A DNA stretch of 64,000 nt from a virus: positions 1 to 64,000 of IMG/VR virus record IMGVR_UViG_3300025093_000013; one strand, 5' to 3'. A model generated the notes under the pieces. It saw nothing but the letters and a program-made list of their open reading frames with translations, had not been told where the DNA came from and made no database searches. A program made the position numbers and the translations under genes. Of the stretch, positions 1 to 9,900 are shown piece after piece. Positions within the stretch are counted from its first letter, which is position 1, and every line of letters starts with the position of its first letter.

Positions 1-195
1 ATTCTTGAGAATCCTAACAATCGCAAGGTCTTTCACAATGCGAAGTTCGACCTGAAATTCCTACACAATGTTGGAATCTACCCAACGAATGTCTATGATA
101 CTAAGCTGATGGCTCACCTGTGGAACGAGGATGTTCCCAAGAGCTTGAAGGAACTCGTTAAACTATTCTTCCCTGAGGGCATTGACCAACTCTGA
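1..195 (+). CDS. DNA polymerase family A, 3'-5' exonuclease fragment (5'-partial, piece 1 of split polA)
   Basis: Frame 1 reads ILENPNNRKVFHNAKFDLKFL...YDTKLMAHL...SLKEL...DQL*. HNAKFD is the ExoII motif. The TGA at 193-195 overlaps the next ATG (TGATG). Confidence 0.85.
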   Translation: MLENPNNRKVFHNAKFDLKFLHNVGIYPTNVYDTKLMAHLWNEDVPKSLKELVKLFFPEGIDQL

Positions 196-707
196 TGCTT
201 ACTGTAAATGACAAAAACTTCGACTGGGCCAATATTCCACTCGGTGACTGTCTCCATGGTAATGCTATGGATACTCATTTCACTCTTCGCTTGTTCCATT
301 CCTTAGAGGAACTACTGAAAGAAGAAGGGTGCTGGCATGTGATGGAGAAGCTACTGTCTCCTGTGCTACCTGTGTTCTCTGACATGGAGTATGAAGGTTT
401 GCATGTAGCCCCAGAGGAGCTAGGCTCTGTGGGTAAGAGTCTGGACAAGCAGGCTATGTCTAAGGAGGATGACCTTCTTATGTACAAGCAAGTGAAGCGT
501 GGTGCTAACCTAGCATCGACTGTAGATCTTAGAGATATCCTTTACACTGATGAGGGTGGGTTCCTACTATATCCTCCTAAGCGTACAGGCAAGGGCGACC
601 CTTCAACTGACAAGGCAACCCTTGATGAACTACTCGATTTCATTACTGACGAACTGAACGACCGTGCCAAGAAGACGAGAAGACAAAGAAAAGCTGACCG
701 CTCGTAG
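195..707 (+). CDS. DNA polymerase family A middle fragment (ExoIII and thumb)
   Basis: GNAMDTHFTLRLF (ExoIII-like), then MEKLLSPV..MEYEG, NLAS..DLRDILY and TGKG.PSTDKATL, typical of the PolA thumb. Confidence 0.85.
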   Translation: MLTVNDKNFDWANIPLGDCLHGNAMDTHFTLRLFHSLEELLKEEGCWHVMEKLLSPVLPVFSDMEYEGLHVAPEELGSVGKSLDKQAMSKEDDLLMYKQVKRGANLASTVDLRDILYTDEGGFLLYPPKRTGKGDPSTDKATLDELLDFITDELNDRAKKTRRQRKADRS

Positions 708-1776
708 TGTTCTACAAGAGCGTTCAACTGAGGAACTAGAACAAGCAAGAGAGTGGATCTCTGGGCTGCTCGACTATCGTGCGGCAGCGAAGCTTCACAA
801 GACCTACATTCGGGGTTTACACACGGCTATTGAATACAATGGTCGTAACAAGGTCTACTGTGATTACAAGCTCGATGGCACAGTCACGGGTCGGCTCTCT
901 TGCGGCTCCTACAATGCTGAGAAGGCGATGGGTGTATCATTCCATACGCTACCTCGGGATACCAACAATAACATTCGACGCATCTTTGTAGCACCTGAGG
1001 ATCAGGCGTTTGTCACCATCGACTACGCAGGCATGGAGCTACGAGTTCTCGCGCATGTAGCCGAGGATGAACGCATGTGTAAGGCATTCAAAGATGGCGT
1101 CGATCTACACACCTACTCTGCCTCACTATTGTTCAACAAGTCCGCAGAGAAGGTTCAAAAAGAGGAGCGACAGATTGCTAAGGCAACCTCCTTCCTCATC
1201 GTATACGGTGGTACTGCTTTCACGCTCGCTAACAATAACAGAATCTCACTAGACCGAGCAGAGCATATCATCAACACCTACATGGAAGTCTTTCCAGGCA
1301 TCGGGTCGTATATCAACAACACTTACGAAACGATCAGAGAGGACGGTTACATCACTTCTATCTTCGGACGCAAGCGAAGACTACCTAATGTCAGGTCTAA
1401 GGATGACAAGATTGTTCGCAGGGCTCTACGCCAAGGTCTCAACTTTACTATCCAGTCAGCCGCATCAGACATCATCCTATGTGGTATCAAAGGACTTAGC
1501 CAATCTCTACCAGCAACGGGAGCTAAGATTGTATCTACTGTCCACGACTCACTTGAGATAACATGTCCGAAGAATTCATTGCAGGAATGCCTTGAAGTGT
1601 GCTATAATGAACTAGTGGAGACGCCTACTCTCCGTAAGGATTTCAATATCCATTTCGAAGTACCCCTCAAGATTGATGCCGAAGTAGGTCGTTCATTCGG
1701 TGACGGTCAAGAGGTTCATTACAAGGACGGAGCCGTCCAAAACATAACAGAGTTACTGGAGTATTTTAATGATTGA
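664..1776 (+). CDS. polA: DNA polymerase family A polymerase domain (palm and fingers)
   Basis: TVTGRLS, motif A DYAGMELRVLAH, motif B RQIAKATSFLIVYG, motif C TVHDSL. GTG start. Confidence 0.95.
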   Translation: MPRRREDKEKLTARSVLQERSTEELEQAREWISGLLDYRAAAKLHKTYIRGLHTAIEYNGRNKVYCDYKLDGTVTGRLSCGSYNAEKAMGVSFHTLPRDTNNNIRRIFVAPEDQAFVTIDYAGMELRVLAHVAEDERMCKAFKDGVDLHTYSASLLFNKSAEKVQKEERQIAKATSFLIVYGGTAFTLANNNRISLDRAEHIINTYMEVFPGIGSYINNTYETIREDGYITSIFGRKRRLPNVRSKDDKIVRRALRQGLNFTIQSAASDIILCGIKGLSQSLPATGAKIVSTVHDSLEITCPKNSLQECLEVCYNELVETPTLRKDFNIHFEVPLKIDAEVGRSFGDGQEVHYKDGAVQNITELLEYFND

Positions 1777-2437
1777 TAAGAACTATACTGTTGAGTGTTT
1801 GGATCACGGCTTCGTCCGTCTTATCGATTGGATGGGGTCCGATCTTACTGTGGTTAATGCTGCGCGAGTTTCTTTTAACAAGCGCAAAGATGAGCTAGAT
1901 GAAGGAGATGAGAAGCTCATCAACTATCTCGCAAAGCATAACCATTGGACCCCATTCGCCCATCCTCAGGTTCAATTTCACATAAAGGCGCCGATCTTTG
2001 TGAGGACGCAACTCTTCAAGCATAAGGTAGGCATGGTAGAAAATGAGATCTCGCGCCGCTATGTTGATTTTGAACCTGATTTCTACACTCCTAATTACTG
2101 GCGTGAACGGCCTGATAAAAGTATCAAGCAAGGATCAGGTGATAAGGAGATTGAAGGCAAGGAGAGAGTGTACGATATGTACAAGCAAGCCATAAACCTT
2201 GCTAGAGATACCTACGATGTGTCTATTATTGAAGGACTTGCACCAGAGATCGCAAGAGGCATCCTTCCACAGTGCATGTACACAGAATGGTATTGGACGG
2301 GCTCTCTTGCATCACTGGCTCGCGTTGCGTTACAGCGTAGTGACAACAACGCACAAGAGGAAACTCAACACTACGCATTTGCTATCGATGATATTATGTC
2401 GGAACTGTTCCCCGTTGCTTGGAGAGCATTAGTATGA
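1769..2437 (+). CDS. thyX: FAD-dependent thymidylate synthase
   Basis: VVNAARVSF, HWTPFAH, NEISRRY, PEIARGILPQ, AQEE motifs. Confidence 0.95.
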   Translation: MIDKNYTVECLDHGFVRLIDWMGSDLTVVNAARVSFNKRKDELDEGDEKLINYLAKHNHWTPFAHPQVQFHIKAPIFVRTQLFKHKVGMVENEISRRYVDFEPDFYTPNYWRERPDKSIKQGSGDKEIEGKERVYDMYKQAINLARDTYDVSIIEGLAPEIARGILPQCMYTEWYWTGSLASLARVALQRSDNNAQEETQHYAFAIDDIMSELFPVAWRALV

Positions 2438-3417
2438 GGACTTTGGTAATTGGAGACACCCACTTTCACAACACCAACAGGGAACTACGGCTATGCCAAA
2501 TCCAATGTATCAGAGATCTCCTTCAAGGAGTGGCTTGTGATAATGTCGTATTTCTTGGTGATGTGTTTGACAAGCGGTCACCTTCACCCGAATGTATTCT
2601 CGATGTAAGAAATCTATTTCAAGGAGTAAAGAAAAATGTGTTCATCTTGCGAGGTAATCATGACAGCGCCAGCAAAGCTGATGATGGTGTCACCATTCTT
2701 AGCCTACTGGAGCGTAATGCTGTCTTCTCGGCTGCGGGCAGCATTAAGGTCATTACGAAACCTGCTGTCATAGGCAACTATCATTTCATTCCACACTATG
2801 AGAATGAACAAGTTATTAAGGAAGAGTTGGGAAAGTCTCCTGACGGTGCTATTGTTTTTGGGCATTTTGGTTATGAAGGTTCTCTCAACAATGCTGGTGA
2901 TGCCGATTTTGCTATCTGTCCTGATGATTTTAATCGTACAACATTCCTGGGTCACATCCACCAGCATCATACGAGAGAGAACATCAAGGTCTTGGGTACA
3001 CCGTACTCTACATGCTTCCACGACGGAGGAGACAAATTTTACGCAATTGTGGAGGATGAGACTGTAGAGTTCGTAGACATGACCACAGGTCCTATCCACC
3101 TGACTGTTACACCTAGAACCTTGGACGATGTAAACGATCACAGGAATCGTTATGTTATTGTAAGGTTGCTTTTGGAGCGTGACGATATGGACTACAATGT
3201 CTATGACCTTAAGCAGATGTATCCTCATGTATGTGAGTGGGACATCAAGTATCTTCCAACCTATGACGAGGAAGAACTGAGCAACTATAAGACAGATGTA
3301 TCAATGTTCCAAGTGAACGACCAGATCCTAGAGGACTACCTTGAGCAAGCGGTCAGTGTCTACACTAAGGATCAACTACGACAAGCCCTGGTAGAACTAA
3401 GAGATGAAGATCAATAG
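2434..3417 (+). CDS. Metallophosphoesterase recombination nuclease (SbcD/Mre11/T4 gp47-like)
   Basis: GDTH, LGDVFD, GNHD and GHIH motifs; adjacent to an SMC-like ATPase. Start taken at ATG 2434. Confidence 0.9.
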   Translation: MRTLVIGDTHFHNTNRELRLCQIQCIRDLLQGVACDNVVFLGDVFDKRSPSPECILDVRNLFQGVKKNVFILRGNHDSASKADDGVTILSLLERNAVFSAAGSIKVITKPAVIGNYHFIPHYENEQVIKEELGKSPDGAIVFGHFGYEGSLNNAGDADFAICPDDFNRTTFLGHIHQHHTRENIKVLGTPYSTCFHDGGDKFYAIVEDETVEFVDMTTGPIHLTVTPRTLDDVNDHRNRYVIVRLLLERDDMDYNVYDLKQMYPHVCEWDIKYLPTYDEEELSNYKTDVSMFQVNDQILEDYLEQAVSVYTKDQLRQALVELRDEDQ

Positions 3418-4978
3418 TGTTGAGTTCGAGAACTTCTACTCGTACAAGAAAGGTAAGATCAACTTCAACAAGTATAAAGGACTTGTTGGGGTTGAAGGTA
3501 TAAATAAAGATACAGGTGGAAGTAATGGGTCAGGCAAATCAGTTATTTTGGAGGCTATTGTATACGGACTATTTGGCAAAAGTATTCGTAAGAGTACAGA
3601 AGATGCTATGGTCAATACTTCCGTAGGTCGGAAGTGTGTTGTCAAGATCAAGATCAATGATAACATTGAGATCACTCGAAGCCGAAAGCCTACAAGTCTT
3701 AAGTTTTGTGTAAATGGGGAGGACCGTTCCCTTGCCCACGCTAGTAGAACTCAGGAAGCTATTGAGAAGGCCCTAGGAGTCGATTACAAGACCTTTATGG
3801 CCGCGTCCGTATTCGGACAGCATTCGAATGTAGACTTCCTAGACGCGACCCCTGACGACAAGAGAAAGATCATCAACAGGTTCCTTAACCTTGATTACAT
3901 CTTCGATATGAAGAACAAGATCAAGCGCAAGCGTAGTGACCTTAGGTCTGGTATCAAGGAGTGTGAGGTCCTTGTATCAAAACTAGAGAGGGACATTGAT
4001 AAGTATGAAGAAAAGGTCACGGGAGCTAGGCTCACGAAAAAGCAACAAGAAATCCTTGAGAAGTTTACGCTCGACCAGATCATCGATCAAGAAAAGCGTA
4101 ATACGAAATGCTCTATCAGGATGGACTCCATCAAGAGGGAGATCAAAAACCTAGGCGGGACTGCCATCACCAAAGCACGAAAGGTAGTGGCTCAGGGTGT
4201 AGGTGCCAAGAGTTCATGGAAGTGTTCTGAGTGCGGTACAGAAAAGAATGATGAGGTTACCCAGGAGTTCTACGATTTCTGCCAAGAGAAATTAGAAAAG
4301 TACGAGAGAGATGTTCAAGATCTACAGCAGGAATTAGCAGACCTTAAAGGCATGATAGAGCGTCTTCCATGTACTCCCAGGGAGTATGCCAAGTGGAGTG
4401 AGCAAAAGAACGAAGAGGTCTACACAGATCTACTTACAGAGGCTAAGTCGGAAAGAGTAGCACTTAACGCACGCAAAGCAGACCTAGAGATTAAGTATGA
4501 CATCTTTGGGTTCTGGGACAAGGCGTTCTCTGAGAAAGGTCTCATTCGGTTTGTGATTAGGACTGTAAGGGATTACCTTAATACCCATTGTAATTATTAC
4601 CTTGGGTATTTAACAAACGGTAGGATCACTGTAGAATTTGATGAGGAATTGTCTGAAAATATTGAAGTGCTAGGAAAGCATCGTCACTATATATCTCTAT
4701 CTGGTGGAGAGCGTAGGAAAGTAAACCTAGCGGTGATGCTAGGACTGCAAACACTTCTTACAATGTCCAACGGTCATCAAAGTAGTGTCTTGTTCTTTGA
4801 TGAGGTCGCAGAAAACTTGGACGAGGACGGTATCAACGGTCTTTACGAACTACTATGTGATCTCAAGAAGGACAGGACTCTTTTCGTCATTACACACAAC
4901 CCTCATCTCGCACAGCACATGTCGAGACACAAGAAGATTAATATCACAAAAGAAAAAGGAGTATCAACAATCAAATGA
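3404..4978 (+). CDS. SMC-like recombination ATPase (SbcC/Rad50/T4 gp46-like)
   Basis: Walker A GSNGSGKS, zinc hook CSEC, signature LSGGE, Walker B FFDE, ITH. Confidence 0.92.
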   Translation: MKINSVEFENFYSYKKGKINFNKYKGLVGVEGINKDTGGSNGSGKSVILEAIVYGLFGKSIRKSTEDAMVNTSVGRKCVVKIKINDNIEITRSRKPTSLKFCVNGEDRSLAHASRTQEAIEKALGVDYKTFMAASVFGQHSNVDFLDATPDDKRKIINRFLNLDYIFDMKNKIKRKRSDLRSGIKECEVLVSKLERDIDKYEEKVTGARLTKKQQEILEKFTLDQIIDQEKRNTKCSIRMDSIKREIKNLGGTAITKARKVVAQGVGAKSSWKCSECGTEKNDEVTQEFYDFCQEKLEKYERDVQDLQQELADLKGMIERLPCTPREYAKWSEQKNEEVYTDLLTEAKSERVALNARKADLEIKYDIFGFWDKAFSEKGLIRFVIRTVRDYLNTHCNYYLGYLTNGRITVEFDEELSENIEVLGKHRHYISLSGGERRKVNLAVMLGLQTLLTMSNGHQSSVLFFDEVAENLDEDGINGLYELLCDLKKDRTLFVITHNPHLAQHMSRHKKINITKEKGVSTIK

Positions 4979-6879
4979 CCATCGCCAAGTTGAATGATCT
5001 AGGTCAAGAAATCTTTATGAGCCGTTACGCTTACCCTGGAGAAAAGGAGTGGCGCCAGCGTGCTAAAGCAATCGCCCGCACTGTAGCAGGAGCAGAACCA
5101 GATGAAGACAAAGAAAGAGTCGAAGGTTGGTTTTATGATGCTATATCTAGTGGGGACTTTGTTCCTGGCGGTAGAATTATTTATGGTTCTGGCCGCAATG
5201 CTGGTAAGCACAATCTACTAAACTGTTATGTCATCATTCCTGAGGATAGTGTCGATAGCATTGGAAAAACTATTCAGGACATGTACAAGATTTCATGTGC
5301 TGGTGGTGGTATTGGTTTTAATGTATCTAAGATTCGTCCTCAAGGCGATGATATCGGTAATGTAAAGAACTCTGCCCCAGGCAGTGTTTCTGTTCTTAAG
5401 ATGATTAATGAGGTAGGTGAGCATGTCAAGTCAGGTAAAAACCGCCGCACGGCTCTTATGGGTATACTTAATGTTACTCACCCTGATCTCCTTGATTTCC
5501 TAACGGTCAAGCTAGATCAAGGTCAGCTTAATAACTTCAACATCTCCGTTGCTATTACCAACAGATTCGTTGAGGCTGTCCAGAACGATGAGCCTTGGTA
5601 CTTCTCATACGGTAACAAGGAGTATCACAACTTCACCCTTCGTGCTACTAACAGCAAGGGAGAGGAGCGTGAGCTTGATGTAATCGCTCTTGATGCTGAT
5701 GATGCTATCGGTCGTGCTGAGAACTTCCACCGTGCTGACTGGACTGAAAGCTTTGAGTTGGTTGGTCAGGCTGATATCTCTGCTCGTAAACTCTGGGAAA
5801 GAATCTGGACCAATGCTGTTGAGTCTGGTGATCCTGGCGTCTACAACATCGACCTTGCTAACTCTTTTACAAATGTTTCCTACTTCGAGGAGCTACCTTC
5901 TACTAACCCTTGTGGTGAGATTAGCCTTCCCTCTTACGGCAACTGCTGCCTAGGTAATGTTAACCTTGCCAATATGTGTCTTGAGGATGGTTCCGATGTG
6001 GACTGGAAGCGTCTAGCCAAGACTGTTCGCACTGGCGTTCGTTTCCTAGATAATGTCCTGACCGTCAACCACTTCCCCACCGCTGAGTGTAAGGAGGTTG
6101 GTCAACGCTCTCGTCGTGTTGGTCTTGGTGTCATGGGTCTTCACCACATGTTTATCAAGCTAGGTATTCGTTATGGTAGCGAGAAAAGTCTAGAATTCCT
6201 AGAAAGACTGTTCGCTACAATTAGAGATGAGGCTTACAAAGCTAGTATATACCTTGCGAGGGACAAGGCACCTTTCCCCGCATTCGATAAGGAGAAGTAC
6301 CTGAGTGAGGATTTTGCTAAGACACTTCCTATTAGGATTCGTCATTACATCCGTAAGTATGGTATTCGTAATGCTGTTATGCTCACCATACCCCCTACTG
6401 GTACGATTTCTATGCTTATGGGCGTCAGTTCTGGTATTGAACCTATCTTTTCGGCTATGTACAATCGCAGATGGCGTCAGGGAAATGTCTGGAAAGAGCA
6501 GTTCGTCGCAGACCCTCTTTTCCAGGAGTATTTCGATGCTGGAAAGAGACTCGACGCCTTCGTAGGAGCTTACGACATCACTCCTGAGGAGCATATGGCT
6601 GTCCAAGCTACGATCCAACGCTTCATCGACTCCTGTATCAGCAAGACTATTAACTTGCCAGAGCAGTTCGATCCCGCTACTATGATTGAGGATGCCGTGA
6701 ACTATATGCCCTATCTGAAAGGCATGACTATATATAGAGCGGGCTCAAAGGGCAATGAACCTCTACAAGCTATACCACTTACTAAAGAAAATGTCGAACG
6801 ATACATGGGACAACAAAACGCCGTTGGAGCAGCAGACGGAGCAGCCTGTACACTCGGAGGAGATGGCGAGTGCGGCTGA
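4975..6879 (+). CDS. nrdJ: Ribonucleotide reductase, probably class II (adenosylcobalamin-dependent)
   Basis: PGGRI, LLNCY, TNPCGEI, CCLGNVNL, IPPTGT, SSGIEP, C-terminal Cys pair. No nrdB in the window. Confidence 0.85.
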   Translation: MTIAKLNDLGQEIFMSRYAYPGEKEWRQRAKAIARTVAGAEPDEDKERVEGWFYDAISSGDFVPGGRIIYGSGRNAGKHNLLNCYVIIPEDSVDSIGKTIQDMYKISCAGGGIGFNVSKIRPQGDDIGNVKNSAPGSVSVLKMINEVGEHVKSGKNRRTALMGILNVTHPDLLDFLTVKLDQGQLNNFNISVAITNRFVEAVQNDEPWYFSYGNKEYHNFTLRATNSKGEERELDVIALDADDAIGRAENFHRADWTESFELVGQADISARKLWERIWTNAVESGDPGVYNIDLANSFTNVSYFEELPSTNPCGEISLPSYGNCCLGNVNLANMCLEDGSDVDWKRLAKTVRTGVRFLDNVLTVNHFPTAECKEVGQRSRRVGLGVMGLHHMFIKLGIRYGSEKSLEFLERLFATIRDEAYKASIYLARDKAPFPAFDKEKYLSEDFAKTLPIRIRHYIRKYGIRNAVMLTIPPTGTISMLMGVSSGIEPIFSAMYNRRWRQGNVWKEQFVADPLFQEYFDAGKRLDAFVGAYDITPEEHMAVQATIQRFIDSCISKTINLPEQFDPATMIEDAVNYMPYLKGMTIYRAGSKGNEPLQAIPLTKENVERYMGQQNAVGAADGAACTLGGDGECG

Positions 6880-6940
6880 GTTTGAGAAGCTACCTGATGT
6901 AAACGATCCCTATTGGGAAGACTGATTTTTTTCATTCTTT

Positions 6941-6981
6941 TGCCTCCAAGTATTCTAAATACATATGAATACTTGGAGGTA
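6941..6981 (+). promoter_or_regulatory. RBS-sequestering hairpin with late-promoter-like CTAAATA in the loop
   Basis: CCTCCAAGTATTC-taaatacatat-GAATACTTGGAGG is a perfect 13-bp stem. The 3' arm holds the GGAGG SD of the gene at 6990. Confidence 0.75.
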
Positions 6982-6989
6982 TTTTTATT

Positions 6990-9900
6990 ATGGGTTGGGA
7001 TATTAGGAGACCAAAGTTTGAAGGCGGTAGAACTCTTGCTGCAAGAGCAAGAGCATGGGCGTATGCAAAGAAAGCATTAATACCGCCCAGCAAGAATGAT
7101 TCGTTTCAAAGAGGAACTACATCATACTCTGACAAAGCAAGATACAACGGTACTAACAGGGTACAAGATGGTCTGCTTTGTGAGTGGTGGTTTGATGAAG
7201 GAAACGGAAACACTATCATTGATAGAACTCCTCTGACTAGAGAATCAGACCTTAACTGGATCGAAAACGCTGGTGCTGGTCTTCTAGGAGAGTGGTCACG
7301 AGATAGCTCGCAGAACGACAGGTATTACCTAAACCTTAGTGCAGGAGGGGCGACTAGAAACACAGGCTCCCAAGAGTTTACCGCTGGTCCTATAGCTGCT
7401 AACGAAGTTACAATGGAAGCGTGGTTCAAGCCCTCTGATCAGGATGGACTAGCCACCTCAGGACCAGGAAGAATTGCTACCATAGTTCCTGTTAACACAA
7501 CCTATACCGACCAGTGTGTAATGCTGGGACATGGAACTTGGACTGGAAACGCATCCAACCACAACGCTAGATCTTATGCTGCTAGAGTTAAAATGTACGA
7601 CACAGTTCATCAACTGTGGTCTGCGGATGACACAGCAGTTACAGACCAACTAGTTCATTTAGTGGTGACAGCTAAGTATAACACAGAACTAGATAGAGCC
7701 GAGGCAAGATTTTATGTTGACGGTGTTCTAGTAGACAGCAAAAATGTTTACGATGATAGCTCTGAGATTTTTGAAGACTGGGACCCTACTGCTAGAATAT
7801 CAACAGGAGCAGCAAGAAATGGTCAAAAGAAAGCCAAAGGTGGTTACTACCTAACAGCCATTTATCGTAGAGCACTTACCGCTGCTGAGGTATCACAAAA
7901 CTTTGAAGAAGGTGTTAGCCCTCAGAATGGTGGTTACAAAAAAGGAACCCGTGCTGTCCTAAACGATGGCGCTTCAACCCTCAAGGCTGGTAAGGCTGAT
8001 AAGTTTGAGGTATCTCTAAGCGGCGGTGTCCACCTTGATAAACTAACTGTAACTCTTACCGCATCTAGTGATAACGCTGGGTTTACATTAGGAGAGGACT
8101 TCACTCTTACACCTTCCACAGTAGACCTTCCAAAGGGAACATATGTAAAGAGTGTTAGTTTGTCTTGTGCCGCTGACACTTCTGCTGACCATACAGTTCA
8201 TGTATCTGTTAGCTCCATAAGCAACAACGGAGGCACTACCGTAGTTGAGAGTCCTTCTAACGATGCTAACGATAGTTTTGATACTGCTGTTACGGCAAAG
8301 GCTGTGAAGCCTGATCTTAAGTTCCAGTTCGATACTGATCCACATATCATTCCCTCTCCTACCGCTGCTGTAATAGATGGGTTTACAGTTGCTAAAACAA
8401 GAGATTATGATGAAAGTGTTGAGTTTACTGTAAGTGGAACAGCAACAACGGATAACACTGCTGATTATTACTTTTGGTCAGGAGGAGCCCCAGGCGTCTT
8501 CAGTGCCCCATTCCTTCCTATCTCTGGTACAAACTGTGGCTACAATAATGAGATCTGGCAACAGACTTATGGCTCTCCTGTAACCTTATCTGCTTGGGGT
8601 GGAGACGGTGGAGTCACTGATAAAATTACTACAAACGGTCTTCTTGTAGAGAACGCTATTGTTAACGGTGTTGTTAATGTAAAGGCTAACGATGTCACAT
8701 TTAGAAACTGTCTTATTCAAGGTGCTGATGCGGGCGACAGTCCTACTGAATACGCACTGTATGCACTTAATGCTACCTTCGACTTTACGGGAATAACAAT
8801 AGAAGATTGTAGTATTGAGAGATGTGATTCAGCTTCCCTGTTAATAGGAAACACTACTGTAAGAAGATGCGCTTTCTACGACGCAAGCTTTGATTTTATA
8901 AAATCACAATCTGGAGATGGAAAGGGTAATGTTACTGTAGAGTCGTGTCACTTTCAGCACATGGGTAACAAGGCAGAATTCCCATCCGCACACGCTGATG
9001 TTTGGCAACACAGAGGCCCTGGTAAAAATCTAATATGTAGATGGAACCATTTTGATCTTCCAGGCTACTTTGAAACTCCTCCAAATAGAGTTCACAGTGC
9101 CTCTATTATTTGGCAAAACAAAACAACCGACTCTGATGGCAACCCAATCGTAGGAATAGATCTAAGTGGTCTTGTAATTGATTCAAATTACTTCAATAAA
9201 GGATGCTCCAACGCTATTCTTCTTGCAGCAAAGTTTGGCCCTCTAAATAACTGTTTTGTTATAAATAACAAGTTCTATGGTGAAGCGGATGACTACAACA
9301 ATGATGAAGGTTATACGACAGGCGAAAACAACGATCCCTACATTGGAATGGGTTGGTGTCAATACCATCTCACCGCTCCAGCAAACGAAACCACAGACAA
9401 CGGAGGTCCTTGGATCCCAGAGTATACAGCATTTAATAACAGACACTACGACGGTAGTGAGGTGTATAAAACAGGAAGAGGTCCTGCCAACTCAAGTCCT
9501 ATGGACAATGTGCTTGCACCTCCTGACATTCCTTTCTACGAGAGTCCTGTAGGAGACAAGATTGATCTTTCTACTGGTATCACCTTGACAATGGGTCCTG
9601 AGGAGACTAGTAAAGGTGTGCTTATTTACTCTGAGGCTACTGATAACAATGGAACCTTCGTTGATGGTGATACAGTTAGTGGTGTTCTTGTAAGCGGTAG
9701 CGTTACAACTGGAACTGACGCAGGTGATTCGCTATCTGTTTGCTCAACTCTTAGCACCTTGACAATTGAGTTCAATGAAGCTGGTTTTGCTAGAAACGGT
9801 CTTGGTACAGGAACAAGAATTCCAACTAAGACAGGAAAGTTTGAGACTGTAATCTTTGATGATGAAGATGATGATGGAAATTTAGTGGCTAATGAAGTAG

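Noticed and set aside
1-1776. Stop-codon reassignment or introns/inteins explaining the polA split
   Set aside because: The breaks are frame changes with overlaps, not in-frame stops or insertions. Other core genes are intact in the standard code.
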